Assembly: GCA_963665325.3 (NCBI GenBank)
Contig: CAXXWS020000003.1
Coordinates: forward strand, 768,001 to 832,000
Origin: Alphaproteobacteria bacterium
GTDB taxonomy: Bacteria; Pseudomonadota; Alphaproteobacteria; Bin95
DNA length: 64,000 nt
Reading direction: 5' to 3'
The notes under the pieces are model-generated. The model searched no databases, was not told where the DNA came from, and saw only the letters and a list, made by a program, of their open reading frames with translations. A program made the translations under genes and the position numbers. Below are positions 1 through 11,200 of this stretch, one piece after another (position 1 is the stretch's first letter; every line of letters begins with the position of its first letter).

Positions 1-1125
<1,125 letters not shown>

Positions 1126-1209
1126 GATCCGCGCCCGCAAACAGAGCGGGCGCCGCCGGCGAAGACACAGCAATCTGAGGAAGGCGAGGACGCATCCGGA
1201 CGATGCGTT

Positions 1210-1327
1210 GGCTTGGCGGTTATGGCGCGGGTGAGACACCCGATCCCATCCCGAACTCGGCAGTGAAAGCCCGCAGCGCCGATGGTACTGCGTCTTAAGG
1301 CGCGGGAGAGCAGGTCGCTGCCAAGCC
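1210..1327 (+). rRNA. rrf: 5S rRNA
   Basis: Terminal helix GGCTTGGCGG...CTGCCAAGCC; conserved CCCGATCCCATCCCGAACTCGG and GATGGTACT; follows the 23S. Confidence 0.96.
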
Positions 1328-1381
1328 AACCCATCGCCCGGACCGTCTTCGGTCCGCCAATGCCTTGACCGCACCCGTTGT

Positions 1382-1458
<77 letters not shown>

Positions 1459-1495
1459 AAAATTCCCGCTGTTTCAATGAGATAGCGGGAATTTT
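1459..1495 (+). terminator. Hairpin after the tRNA (intrinsic terminator or att-adjacent hairpin)
   Basis: AAAATTCCCGCT-13 nt loop-AGCGGGAATTTT, perfect 12-bp stem. Confidence 0.65.
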
Positions 1496-1676
1496 CTTGC
1501 TGGTCAATCCCGCCCGTTTTTTCAGGTACCGTATCGGTACCTTTTTGTTTCCAAGCGGTGCGCACCCACGCGCACGGACCGCCGGGGCCAGTTGCAGCCC
1601 CCCTGTGCCCGGTTGAAGGCCCGGGCTTCAAATGTCGCGCCAGCATCGAAGTGGGCCAACCAGGTATTCATGGGGT

Positions 1677-2663
1677 TCAGGCTGCTTTGCGGAGTTGATC
1701 GCGGCACACGGTCAGCGCCCTGATCTTCAGATCGTGACCGCTGCCGAACCAGACGCGTTCGAGACGCGCCTCGGCTGATGCCGAGCGCGACGATCGATAG
1801 TCCTCATCCCGCGTGATGGCATTGTACAAAGCCCACAAGGTATTCCTTGTCCTGGAGGGCGTGACGGTGTCGTCATCGAGGATGTGTTTGATCCGACCCC
1901 ATCGCTCCGGCCTCAGTCCGTGCTTTTTCTGGTGCTCGGTGCGGGGAAACAGGATTTCGAGAATTGTATCTGTATGTTCGGCAGTAAGGGTCTTCAGCGC
2001 CATCTTGCCGAACACCGTCCCAGCTTCCTTGAATGCTTTCTCGATCACGCGCTTGAGTTCCGTTGTCTGAGCGGCGGCAAGATGCTGGGCGACATTTCGT
2101 GTGTGGCGCACCGAGATTGCGCCGACGCCGCGCTGCATCGCGAAGTTGAGCGTATTCTGGCAGACCACGCGGATGGGTGTGAAGCGGATGGAGACCGCGC
2201 CGCTCCCGTCATGGCTGTTGGACAAGAGAAGGAAGCGATCGACGATGTCATCGCCTTCGATCACGATCTGATCGTTCAGCTTGGCAAGCACCCAGACCCG
2301 TTCGCCGTTGCCAAGCGCGCCGGCGGTGTGGAACTTGGCGTACTTGCCCTTGACGAACGGCTCGAAGAACTTGAAGGCCTCGGTGTTTTGAAGCGGTTCG
2401 TATCCCGAACCGACCATGCCGAGCGCCACCGCATCCGTTTCTTCACCGACCGGATCTCGCATGATCAGATAGCGGTCATGGAGTCCGCGCTGCTCGTTGA
2501 CGATCCGTGCCCCCGGAGCGGGCTCTTTCGCAACCTCCCAATCGAGCCCGGCAGCCTGGCACATCTCTCTTGCCGTGACGGTCGAGGCAACGGCTTCGCC
2601 GAGCCTATGCCAGGGAACATGGCCGACGAATGCCATTCGGCCGCGGAACAGGTTATGTGCCAC
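1677..2663 (-). CDS. DUF932/DUF945-family phage/plasmid protein
   Basis: PWHRLG...AGLDWEV...Y..LQN.EAF.FF...TAGALGNGERVWVLA...LLLSNSHDGSG...TPIRVVCQNTL motifs; GTG start with GAGGA RBS. Confidence 0.85.
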   Translation of the reverse strand: MAHNLFRGRMAFVGHVPWHRLGEAVASTVTAREMCQAAGLDWEVAKEPAPGARIVNEQRGLHDRYLIMRDPVGEETDAVALGMVGSGYEPLQNTEAFKFFEPFVKGKYAKFHTAGALGNGERVWVLAKLNDQIVIEGDDIVDRFLLLSNSHDGSGAVSIRFTPIRVVCQNTLNFAMQRGVGAISVRHTRNVAQHLAAAQTTELKRVIEKAFKEAGTVFGKMALKTLTAEHTDTILEILFPRTEHQKKHGLRPERWGRIKHILDDDTVTPSRTRNTLWALYNAITRDEDYRSSRSASAEARLERVWFGSGHDLKIRALTVCRDQLRKAA

Positions 2664-2718
2664 GCCCAGTTCCTCCTACTCTGTCGGCGAGCATGGTGTC
2701 CCAATCTTCTCCGATTTC

Positions 2719-3090
2719 TCACCAGGATCGTAGTCTATGCCAGGTGCCACTGTGCGGCCACCCTTGGGCCAGCCTGCCGGCCGCGAGTCGGGTCTGACAG
2801 CGTCCGGTCCGACCGCCAGGCCGAGTTGTCAGGATGCAGAGCGACTGAAGGAGATCGAACGGCCTACCCCGGTCGCGCTCGGCACCCGGGTACTGGCCGG
2901 CGACCATATAGCGGCAGCCGACCTTGGTCGTCCAGCGGACGCACGCCAGGAGACTGTCGACAGCCTTGTGGGCGCACTCCGGCTCATTGGCGGGTTCGAT
3001 GCCGAGAATGAGCCGGGCCATCTCGTCCTTGCTGACACCTTCCCAGCCGGTGGGCATGGCGCTGGCGCTGGAAGATATCGGCTGGGGCAC
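2719..3090 (-). CDS. Hypothetical protein (may be degraded)
   Basis: 123-aa ORF co-oriented with neighbours; no recognisable motif. Confidence 0.3.
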   Translation of the reverse strand: MPQPISSSASAMPTGWEGVSKDEMARLILGIEPANEPECAHKAVDSLLACVRWTTKVGCRYMVAGQYPGAERDRGRPFDLLQSLCILTTRPGGRTGRCQTRLAAGRLAQGWPHSGTWHRLRSW

Positions 3091-3312
3091 CGCCGATCAC
3101 TGGATGCGGATGCAGTCAAGCTACGTACTTGCGCAGGTGTGACCCGACTGGGCTACTGCCGAACGGCGCGCGCTGCACGCATGATCCAGCCTCGCGCTGT
3201 CTGTCGCGCTCCGCGAAAACGCACGACTCCATCAAACAGGGGCGCTTTCTGACCGTCACCTACAGTGTCCGCTTCCGGCCAACGACAGGCTGTATAACGC
3301 GCGTCGCGGCTG

Positions 3313-3455
3313 ATGCGCCTGTCGTGGATGGAGGTTCGCCCCCGCTGACGCCTTCGCCGAAGACTGGAAGGCCGCGGCTTACGAGAAGGGCGAAACGCAG
3401 AGCTTCAACTACGCCTTCTTCGACGTGTGTGGGGTGATCGGCATCCAAAGTTGAC
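3313..3455 (+). pseudogene. 5' remnant of an MmeI-like type IIL restriction-modification gene
   Basis: ATG at 3313 reads MRLSWMEVR, then after a frameshift AFAEDWKAAAYEKGETQSFNYAFFDVCGV, matching the typical MmeI-family N-terminus; rest of gene absent. Confidence 0.6.
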
Positions 3456-3563
3456 TCCACGGCATCAGTGACCATTGAACCATGGGCCGACTGGTAGGGG
3501 ACTTTGCCGAGGCCGGACCGCATGGCGATCCAGTTCCCCGGTCCAAGCCTTCCCGGGGCCCCG

Positions 3564-5009
3564 TCATCCCGGGCCGCCCTCCGCGGCGGCTTCGAGTGCC
3601 ATATCCGCAATGTCGACCAGCGCGTCGGCGCGCTCCGGGCTCTCCGCGACCGCGGCGGCGGCTTCCAGGGCGAAGAGGATCGCCTCCCCCGCGCCGTCCC
3701 GATCGCCTTCCCGAGCCTGGTACCTCGCGATATTGACGAACGTTCGGGCGCGGGCCCGGGCGCACACAATCTCGCGGGCTGTCTCAACCGCGTCGCTGAC
3801 AGCGTTACCCCAGCACAGGCCGTCGCAGATGTCGGCGAGCAGGCCATCGTTTCCGCCATCGCGCGACAACCGCCGCGCCGTCGCACGGGCCGCCCCGGCC
3901 TCGCCCGCGATCGCCTGCGCCACGGCGATATCGCTGACAACATCCCCATGCCATCGGCCGTCGACCGCTTCCCGCTTCGTCGCCTCCCTCGCCGCGGAGA
4001 TCGAACGCAGCGCCCCGACCCTGTCACCGGTCCGCGCCTTCGCTTCCGCAAGCTCGCACAGCGGGCCCACGCGGCAGCGCTCGCCGACGATCCGGCAGAT
4101 GGCGCGATACGCCTCGGCCAGCAACGTTGCCGGCTCCACGAGATTGCCCAACGCGGGTTGATTGCGCGCGATATGGCACAGCGCGTGCGCGCGATCACTC
4201 TTGTCTTCGGCTAGCCTCGCGACCGAGACCGCCTCGGCAATCGAGCGTGCGGCGCCTGGGAGGTCTCCGATCGCCACCTGGGCGCGACAGATTTCGACCA
4301 TCCACAGGGTTCGATCGAACTCGTCCGCGACCTGCCGCGCCGCCTCCACGGCCTCGACAACCAAGCCGGCGGCACCGGAGCTGTCGCCCGTCTTGCCCTG
4401 CGTCCGGGCGATCTCGGCCAGCCGGAGGGCGCGCTCGTCGCTCCCCGCGATAGCCCGCGCAGCGACCAGGGCTTGCGATACCTCGCCCGCCGCCGATGCA
4501 AGCCGAGCGATCCCATCAAGTACCCGGTCCCGAGCCCGACCCTGGGGACACCGTTCGGCGAGCGCGACGGCAGCGGCGACATCGCCCGCTGCCGCCTCCG
4601 CCATAGCGAGCTCTGTCAGCGCGCAGACTCGGGCTTCCTCCACCGGCCCGGGCGCGATCGACGTGAGCGCCTTGGCGGCCGTCTCCCGCCACGCCTGCCA
4701 GTCCCCGGTCTTCGCCCAGGCACGGGCAATTCTGGCAAGCGCGAGCGCGTGTGCGTCGTCGTCGTCGATGTCCCGGGCCGCGACAAGCGCCATCGACAGG
4801 GCACCCGCGCTGCCCGGCGCGTCGCCCGTCCGCTGCCGGAGCACCGCGATTCGCACCAGAACGGCAACTCGCCTGGCGCGTTCTTCGATGTCCCCCGCCG
4901 TGCGGAAGGCTTCCTCCACGGTCGAACGGACCGCCTGCCGCGAGACGGCCTTCGGCATCGCGTCGCCCGCCGAAACGGACTGTAGATCCTCGTCGGAGCG
5001 CTTCGTCAT
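3564..5009 (-). CDS. TPR-like alpha-helical repeat protein
   Basis: Recurrent units of the form R..AL..IA.AQA..GD...A...A..I across 481 aa. Confidence 0.65.
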   Translation of the reverse strand: MTKRSDEDLQSVSAGDAMPKAVSRQAVRSTVEEAFRTAGDIEERARRVAVLVRIAVLRQRTGDAPGSAGALSMALVAARDIDDDDAHALALARIARAWAKTGDWQAWRETAAKALTSIAPGPVEEARVCALTELAMAEAAAGDVAAAVALAERCPQGRARDRVLDGIARLASAAGEVSQALVAARAIAGSDERALRLAEIARTQGKTGDSSGAAGLVVEAVEAARQVADEFDRTLWMVEICRAQVAIGDLPGAARSIAEAVSVARLAEDKSDRAHALCHIARNQPALGNLVEPATLLAEAYRAICRIVGERCRVGPLCELAEAKARTGDRVGALRSISAAREATKREAVDGRWHGDVVSDIAVAQAIAGEAGAARATARRLSRDGGNDGLLADICDGLCWGNAVSDAVETAREIVCARARARTFVNIARYQAREGDRDGAGEAILFALEAAAAVAESPERADALVDIADMALEAAAEGGPG

Positions 5010-5304
5010 TGTTCAGCCCGGTGAACTTTGCACAGGGCGTCGGCAGCGGCGTATTGCAGGCAACGCGCACCCTCCCCGGTCTGTGTCGTGCGCCATAACT
5101 CCGGGCCGGGTGCGCTTCCCGATCCCGGCGTTCGGCGAGTGTCTTGCCGCGCTCACCGGCCGACTTCAGCAAATGAGTACGTCACCTACAGGTGCCCCAG
5201 TCTTCTCCGAATTATCAACAGGGTCGTAGTCTACGCTCACTGCTCGGCAACATCGAAATCCTTCGATTCCCCAGGAATTCGGCCCGATGGCCCATCTTCT
5301 GCGG

Positions 5305-5886
5305 TCACAGGCTGGCAGACGGCCCCTCAAGGGTCGCCTTAAGATCCTCGGGTGCCGGACATGCGGCCTCGACCGCGCGCCCGAGTTCCGCAACGCCGCA
5401 GGAAGTGGCGATTTTCTCCAACTTGGACAGTCTGATGCTTTTCTGGCCGGCCGGTAGGGACCGTTCAGCCACGACAAAGAACCGCCACTGCCCAGGATCG
5501 CGGTGGTCGGCATGTTCGTCCCGCCGCCCGTGCCAGGCGAATACATACAGATCCGCCTGTCGACCCGGACGTTCAATCCACCGGAACCCCTCTTTCGGCC
5601 AGTACCCCCTGCGCAACGCAATGTCGAAATCAGGATTCCGGCGCGGCCTTTCGGATTCCCGGTCCCAGGATTGCCTCGCTGCCGCCTGTTTGATCTCAAG
5701 CCTGGCCCCGGAAGGAACATGCACGCAATCCCAAGCCGCCCAATCCCAACCGTCCTCCCAAGTCAGCCTCCAGGCCGCCCCGAGTGCGGACGCGATCATG
5801 CATTCGATGTAATCGCCACGATCCACGTTGTTCATGATGGGTCGGTCGTACCGGCGAATGAGCATATACAAAATGCGCTTGTGCAT
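5305..5886 (-). CDS. Putative PD-(D/E)XK nuclease-fold protein (start 5886 or 5913)
   Basis: RGDYIE...WD...RLEIKQ motif with E, D and ExK spacing; ADLYVFAWH; lies directly downstream of the 552-aa gene. Confidence 0.5.
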   Translation of the reverse strand: MHKRILYMLIRRYDRPIMNNVDRGDYIECMIASALGAAWRLTWEDGWDWAAWDCVHVPSGARLEIKQAAARQSWDRESERPRRNPDFDIALRRGYWPKEGFRWIERPGRQADLYVFAWHGRRDEHADHRDPGQWRFFVVAERSLPAGQKSIRLSKLEKIATSCGVAELGRAVEAACPAPEDLKATLEGPSASL

Positions 5887-5918
5887 CGCGCCTTTCCGGG
5901 CATATCGGCGCATTCGAA

Positions 5919-7577
5919 TCAACCCTTTTCCGATTTGCTCAATACCTCGTTGACCCGCTTCATGGAGTCGCAACAGCTGTCTACAAGTTGAGTGTAGTGC
6001 TGCCTGTAACCACCGTGACTCTCGAAGGCCTGTTCCTTCAAGCGCCGTGCCTCCTGCCCCGCCGCATGCGCGAACTTGCTTCTGTGATCCCGCAGCTCAC
6101 GAAATGGGCGAACAACGGCCGCTGCGCCGTCCTTTCCGACCCCATGTCCCATCAGGCACTTCTCGAGCAGGGTGATAGACCGGTCGTTGTCGTTCAGCGA
6201 CGCCCCAAGTTCCTTTGCGTGCCTGCGCAGCCACCGTTCCTCTAATCCCTCTACGATCAGCCGGTCCAGCCGCTGAATCTCGTTGCGCCATTCGTCGTTC
6301 GATCCGGTCACCGGGTAGTGGGCCCACTGTATCTCATTTTCCGTCCTCAGCTTCCACCAAGGCACTTGTAATCCACTGACCGCCTCCTTCAGGCTTGCCA
6401 GCGGGTTGTGTTCGAAAAATGAAAAATTGCCCTGAAAGTCGGTCTCAAAGGCCCTTTCCGAAATGGGCGCTCTCGGCCGTTCGTTGAACGCCTTCCAGTA
6501 CAGTTGCTCCTCGTGCGGAAGTTGTGCCAGGTAAACCAAGTATGTATGAACCTGATTTGCTTCATTGATATCGTAACTTTGTAAATGCCACGCTCCGCGA
6601 CAGTCGATTGAACGCGCGCTTAATTTATATTTTTCCGTGTCGGCCTTGAATCTCGATAAGACTTCCGACCGAAAGAAAACAGGACTCATCCCAAAAGGCA
6701 AATCGGATTCCGTAAAGTAGTTGGACAGTGCATTCGGAGAACAGGATATCTCTCGTATCTCGTCATTTTTCCAATTGAACGCCAGATAGGTTTCGTACTT
6801 CTTGTGCGTCTCTACGGATTCGCTATGACTGGCCGAGACAGGAGAGAGTTGAACTCCTCCAGCCCAAATCAAATTCCCGTTCTCTTCGCGACACCGGTAC
6901 AACATCCCGCCTTCCGCTTCCTGTATGGATAAATTGATTGGCGAATTGTCCGGATCGGCAAAGTCTATCAGCAGAGCTCTTGACGGTACAAAATCGAACA
7001 TGAACAATAATATGGAATCGGTCATTTCTGCATATTGCGCGAGGCAGTCGTGCTGTATGAGGACAGCCATTTCTCCCGAATCCGTATCCCTCTCAGGCCG
7101 TTCGATCACCTTTACAACTTCCTCTATATCGCCATGCCTATCCAGACGACACCAGGCATTGGGTTCCCGCATGTGGTGCAGATCCAAGACATGTATGAAC
7201 TTCTGCCAAATCTCAACGTAGGGTTTCTTTTCCGGTATTCCGGAAAAGGAACGGAGGAATACAATCTGTTCTCCTGAGGCGATACCGCGATTTCCGAACG
7301 TGGAAAGTGGCGGACCAATGCGGTTCTCGAAGCCAATACTCCAGGAATCAAAGGGGTTACCGTGCCAATTCAGCAAGTCATCGATATTGCGGGAAGTCGC
7401 TACCGCGCGGGGTACCAGCACCCCATGAAGGAACAAGTGTCGGACGCTTGCATAGAGGGCGATATGGTCGCTGCGGACGTTATCGTTCAGGAACTGAATG
7501 AAGTCGGCTTTGGTACAGGGGGAGTTGCCGACTGAGGGATCGGCAAGAGTTCGCAGCCTGTTCAGTATTTTGCTCAT
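5919..7577 (-). CDS. 552-aa hypothetical protein with C-terminal HEPN-like RxxxxH motif
   Basis: Long ORF, visibly AT-richer than the backbone; C-terminal helical region LRDHRSKFAH. Confidence 0.7.
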   Translation of the reverse strand: MSKILNRLRTLADPSVGNSPCTKADFIQFLNDNVRSDHIALYASVRHLFLHGVLVPRAVATSRNIDDLLNWHGNPFDSWSIGFENRIGPPLSTFGNRGIASGEQIVFLRSFSGIPEKKPYVEIWQKFIHVLDLHHMREPNAWCRLDRHGDIEEVVKVIERPERDTDSGEMAVLIQHDCLAQYAEMTDSILLFMFDFVPSRALLIDFADPDNSPINLSIQEAEGGMLYRCREENGNLIWAGGVQLSPVSASHSESVETHKKYETYLAFNWKNDEIREISCSPNALSNYFTESDLPFGMSPVFFRSEVLSRFKADTEKYKLSARSIDCRGAWHLQSYDINEANQVHTYLVYLAQLPHEEQLYWKAFNERPRAPISERAFETDFQGNFSFFEHNPLASLKEAVSGLQVPWWKLRTENEIQWAHYPVTGSNDEWRNEIQRLDRLIVEGLEERWLRRHAKELGASLNDNDRSITLLEKCLMGHGVGKDGAAAVVRPFRELRDHRSKFAHAAGQEARRLKEQAFESHGGYRQHYTQLVDSCCDSMKRVNEVLSKSEKG

Positions 7578-8285
7578 CGATCAAGGATCCCATCCTGTCT
7601 TCGTTTCCACTCCCGGCGAGGGGCCGGTCATGGTTCATAGGATCCGCGACGTTGTCCGGATGCCTGACCGCGAGCCGCGGCGACAGCACGGCTTTCTCGG
7701 GGCCGCCCATAGCGGAGTCGCGGTCTGCCCGCCAGCCGTCGCGGCATTCGCCTCCAATGCGGCAGAGACCGTAATTGGCCTGAGTATACCGGCGCGGGAT
7801 GCAGAATCTCGGTCAAGTAGAGCGAACCGTTCCCCATGGCCGGGCACACACAGCCGACCTCGATGACGGCCACGAGGGAATGGACGCGCGTCAACTCATC
7901 GGCCGTCCGGGTAGTCATCATTGGCCGGGACTGAATTCTGAGTACCCTGACCACCGTATGACGAGGATAGGTTCATCATTGTCCTGCTAGTCAGCCGGGA
8001 AATATTTGCGTCTAGCCTCATGCCTTCTGCTGTTGCCCTGGCTGGTGCAGCGATCCAAAACACCGTTCTGATGGTAAGCTACGATGTACACTGTTTACCA
8101 GACCGTCGGCGGGTGAACCGGTTTCCAACTCGAAGCCAGCCCGTCCGGTTCACCCCGCGCAAGAAAGACGCTGGAACGTCTGGACCTTGAAATATAAGCT
8201 CTCGTCGTCCATCAGGACACCATGAGTCCCTTCGCAATAGTCCCTGTTCCGACATCGTCACGCTACATCAGCGATCCCCCGCTTC

Positions 8286-11200
8286 ATGCATGAACTGCTT
8301 CGCACCGCAACTGCCGAGCTGGCCGCCTTTCTCGCAGCTAACCTACCCGGCCTCGGAGAAGGCTGGTGGGAAACGCATGTCGTCGACCGCCTGAGCTTCC
8401 AGCAGCAGCGCACCGTGGAGGAACGCGGGTTCACCAAGCTGGGACAACTGGATTTCGCCGCACTGCTGCGAATCCTCGACCAGAATTGGTACGAGCTCTC
8501 CCAGGCCCTCAATGTCCCGCGCGAGGGGCGCACCTGGGTCAGGGAACTGCAATCCGTGCGCAATCGATGGGCGCACCTGTCGGCGGCGCCGGTTCCTGCC
8601 GGGGATCTGTACCGCGATGCCGATACCCTAGCCCGCGTTCTGGGCATGCTTGGTGCCGCCCCGGCAGCAGTCGAGGCGGCAGAATCGGCGAAACGACATG
8701 CCCTTTCTGACTTGGCGGCGCCATCCGACGCGCCCCCGAATTCCAAGCCCGATACCGCGAACAACGTCCCGCCAGGCGGCCCGGCAATCCCCGCCGTCGC
8801 TTCACACACCACGACGACGATGTTCAGGGTCGGCGATCTCGTGGCTTTGCGCTCCGACCCGGACACTGTAGTGCCGATCATCGGTGTCACGGCCGGCACC
8901 GCCGAGACCCGCTACCAGGTGTTCCAGGACAGCCGTCAGGCCGCCTACTACGAGAGCCAGCTCCTGCCCCTTGAGCCCGCCGACGAACCTTCCCTACTCA
9001 GCGCCCGCGACCTGCGCGCCCATCTGACCAGCCTGCATCTGCTATCGCTATCCACCGCCAACCTGTATTCGCTGCGATCCGGACGCGTTCACTTCGTGCC
9101 TTATCAGTATCGCCCCGTTGTGAGATTGATCCGGGCCGACCGGCCGCGCCTGCTGATCGCCGACGAGGTGGGCGTGGGCAAGACGATCGAGGCCGGACTG
9201 ATCATCAAGGAGTTGCGGGCCCGGACGGACATCTCTTCGGTTCTGGTCATCTGTCCAAAGGCACTTGTGACCGAACGCAAATGGTTCGTGGAGATGAAGC
9301 GTTTCGACGAGCACTTCGAGGCGCTCGACGGCCGGACGCTCCGTCACTGTCTGCGGGAAACGGACCTGGAAGGCGAATGGCCCGACCGCTATGCCAGGGC
9401 CATCATCCCGTTTTCCCTGTTCGATTCGGACCTGCTATTCGGCAAGGAGGGAAGAGGATCGCGGGCCAACGAAGGGCTGCTCGGCCTCGATCCGCCGCCC
9501 AGGTTCGATCTCGTGATAGTCGACGAGGCGCACCACATCCGCAACGCGGACACCTATCTCCATCAGGCGGTGCGCTATTTCTGCGACCACGCTCAGGCCG
9601 CCGTCTTTCTCACCGCCACTCCGGTGCAGCTCGGCAGCCGGGACCTCTTCACCTTGCTGAACGTTCTGCGACCGGATCTCGTTATCGACCGTCCGAGCTT
9701 CGAGCAGATGGCTGCGCCCAACGGGTTCATCAATGCAGCCGTGGGCCATTGCCGCGCCGGAGTGGATCGCTGGCAGGTCGAGGCCCGCACATGCCTGGGC
9801 CACGCCGCCCAGACCGAGTGGGGCCGGCTGTTCCTGCGAGAATCGCCGGCATTCCAGGACATCTACGATCGCCTGGCGGAGGAACAGATCGACGATGCCA
9901 GCCGCATCCGCATCATCCGGTCGCTGGAGGAGCTCTATACCTTCAGCCCGATGATCAACCGGACCCGCCGCCGGGATATCGGGGAATTCACAACCCGCCG
10001 GCCGGAAACGCTGACGGTCGAGTTCACGCCCGACCAGCGCCGTTTGCATGACGACCTGCTTGACGTCGTGAGCCGCATCCTGGCGCGGGCCCACGGCGAG
10101 CAGAACGTCAAGTTCATGATGACCACGATCCGTCGGCAGGCGGCGAGCTGCCTCTACGGCCTCGCCCCCCTGTTGCGCGAAATGCTCGCCGGAAAACTGG
10201 ACAGCCTCGAAACGATGGACGAAACCGACACCGAGGCCCCTGTCGATGCAGTCTTCCTTGCCGAGATCCGGGCCGATATTGAAGCGCTCCTGAAGCACGC
10301 CGATGATCTCGATCCCCTCGACCCCAAGGTGCAGGCCTTCGTCAGCGTCCTGCGAGACAAGGACCGGATGGCCAACAACAAGGCGCTGGTCTTCAGCACC
10401 TTCCGGCACACGCTCGCTTATATTGAAAAGCACGTCGCGGATGCGGGGCTGCGCTACGGCCTCGTACACGGGGCCGTTCACGACGACCAGCGAGCCCACC
10501 TGCGTCGCCGATTCGCCTTGCCGAAGGACGATCCGGAGGCCCTGGACGTCCTGTTGTCCTCTGAGGTCGGTGGCGAAGGCCTCGACTTCCAGTTCTGCGA
10601 CCTGCTGGTCAACTACGATCTGCCGTGGAACCCCATGCGCATCGAACAGCGTATCGGGCGTATCGACCGCTACGGCCAGCAGAGCCAGAGTGTCGCCATT
10701 GTCAACCTGGTGACGCCCGGCACGGTTGACGCGGATATCTACGAACGCTGCCTCATGCGCATCGGCGTGTTCCATCACGCGGTCGGCGGCAGCGAGGAAA
10801 TTCTCGGCGAGATCACCCGGGAGATCCACAACATCGCCGACAGCTTCTCGCTGACGCCGGAACAGCGTGCCGAGCGCCTGCAGCAACTCGGCGACAACAA
10901 GATCCGCCAAGTGCAGGAAGAAACCGCGCTTGAGGAGAAACAGGCCGAGCTATTCGGCCTGACAGTCCCCAACCAGTCCTGGCGTGAGGAGATCGCGGAA
11001 GCCGAGAGCTTCTGGCTGTCTCCGGAAGCCCTGCAACGGTGCGTTACCGCCTACCTGGCAGGCGTCGCGGAGACCGATGGCGATTTTCTGCTTGGCGAAA
11101 AACCCCTCAAGACTCTGCGTCTCGGCCAGAAGATCCGGGCCAGGCTGCTCGGCGACCTCCGCAGCCAGCCCCGATCCACCGACCCTGTCGCCCGGCAATG

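Noticed and set aside
1471-1482. GTTTCAATGAGA resembles the CRISPR repeat start GCTTCAATGAGG
   Set aside because: Only a 9-nt core inside the terminator loop, with no second repeat or spacer; likely chance.
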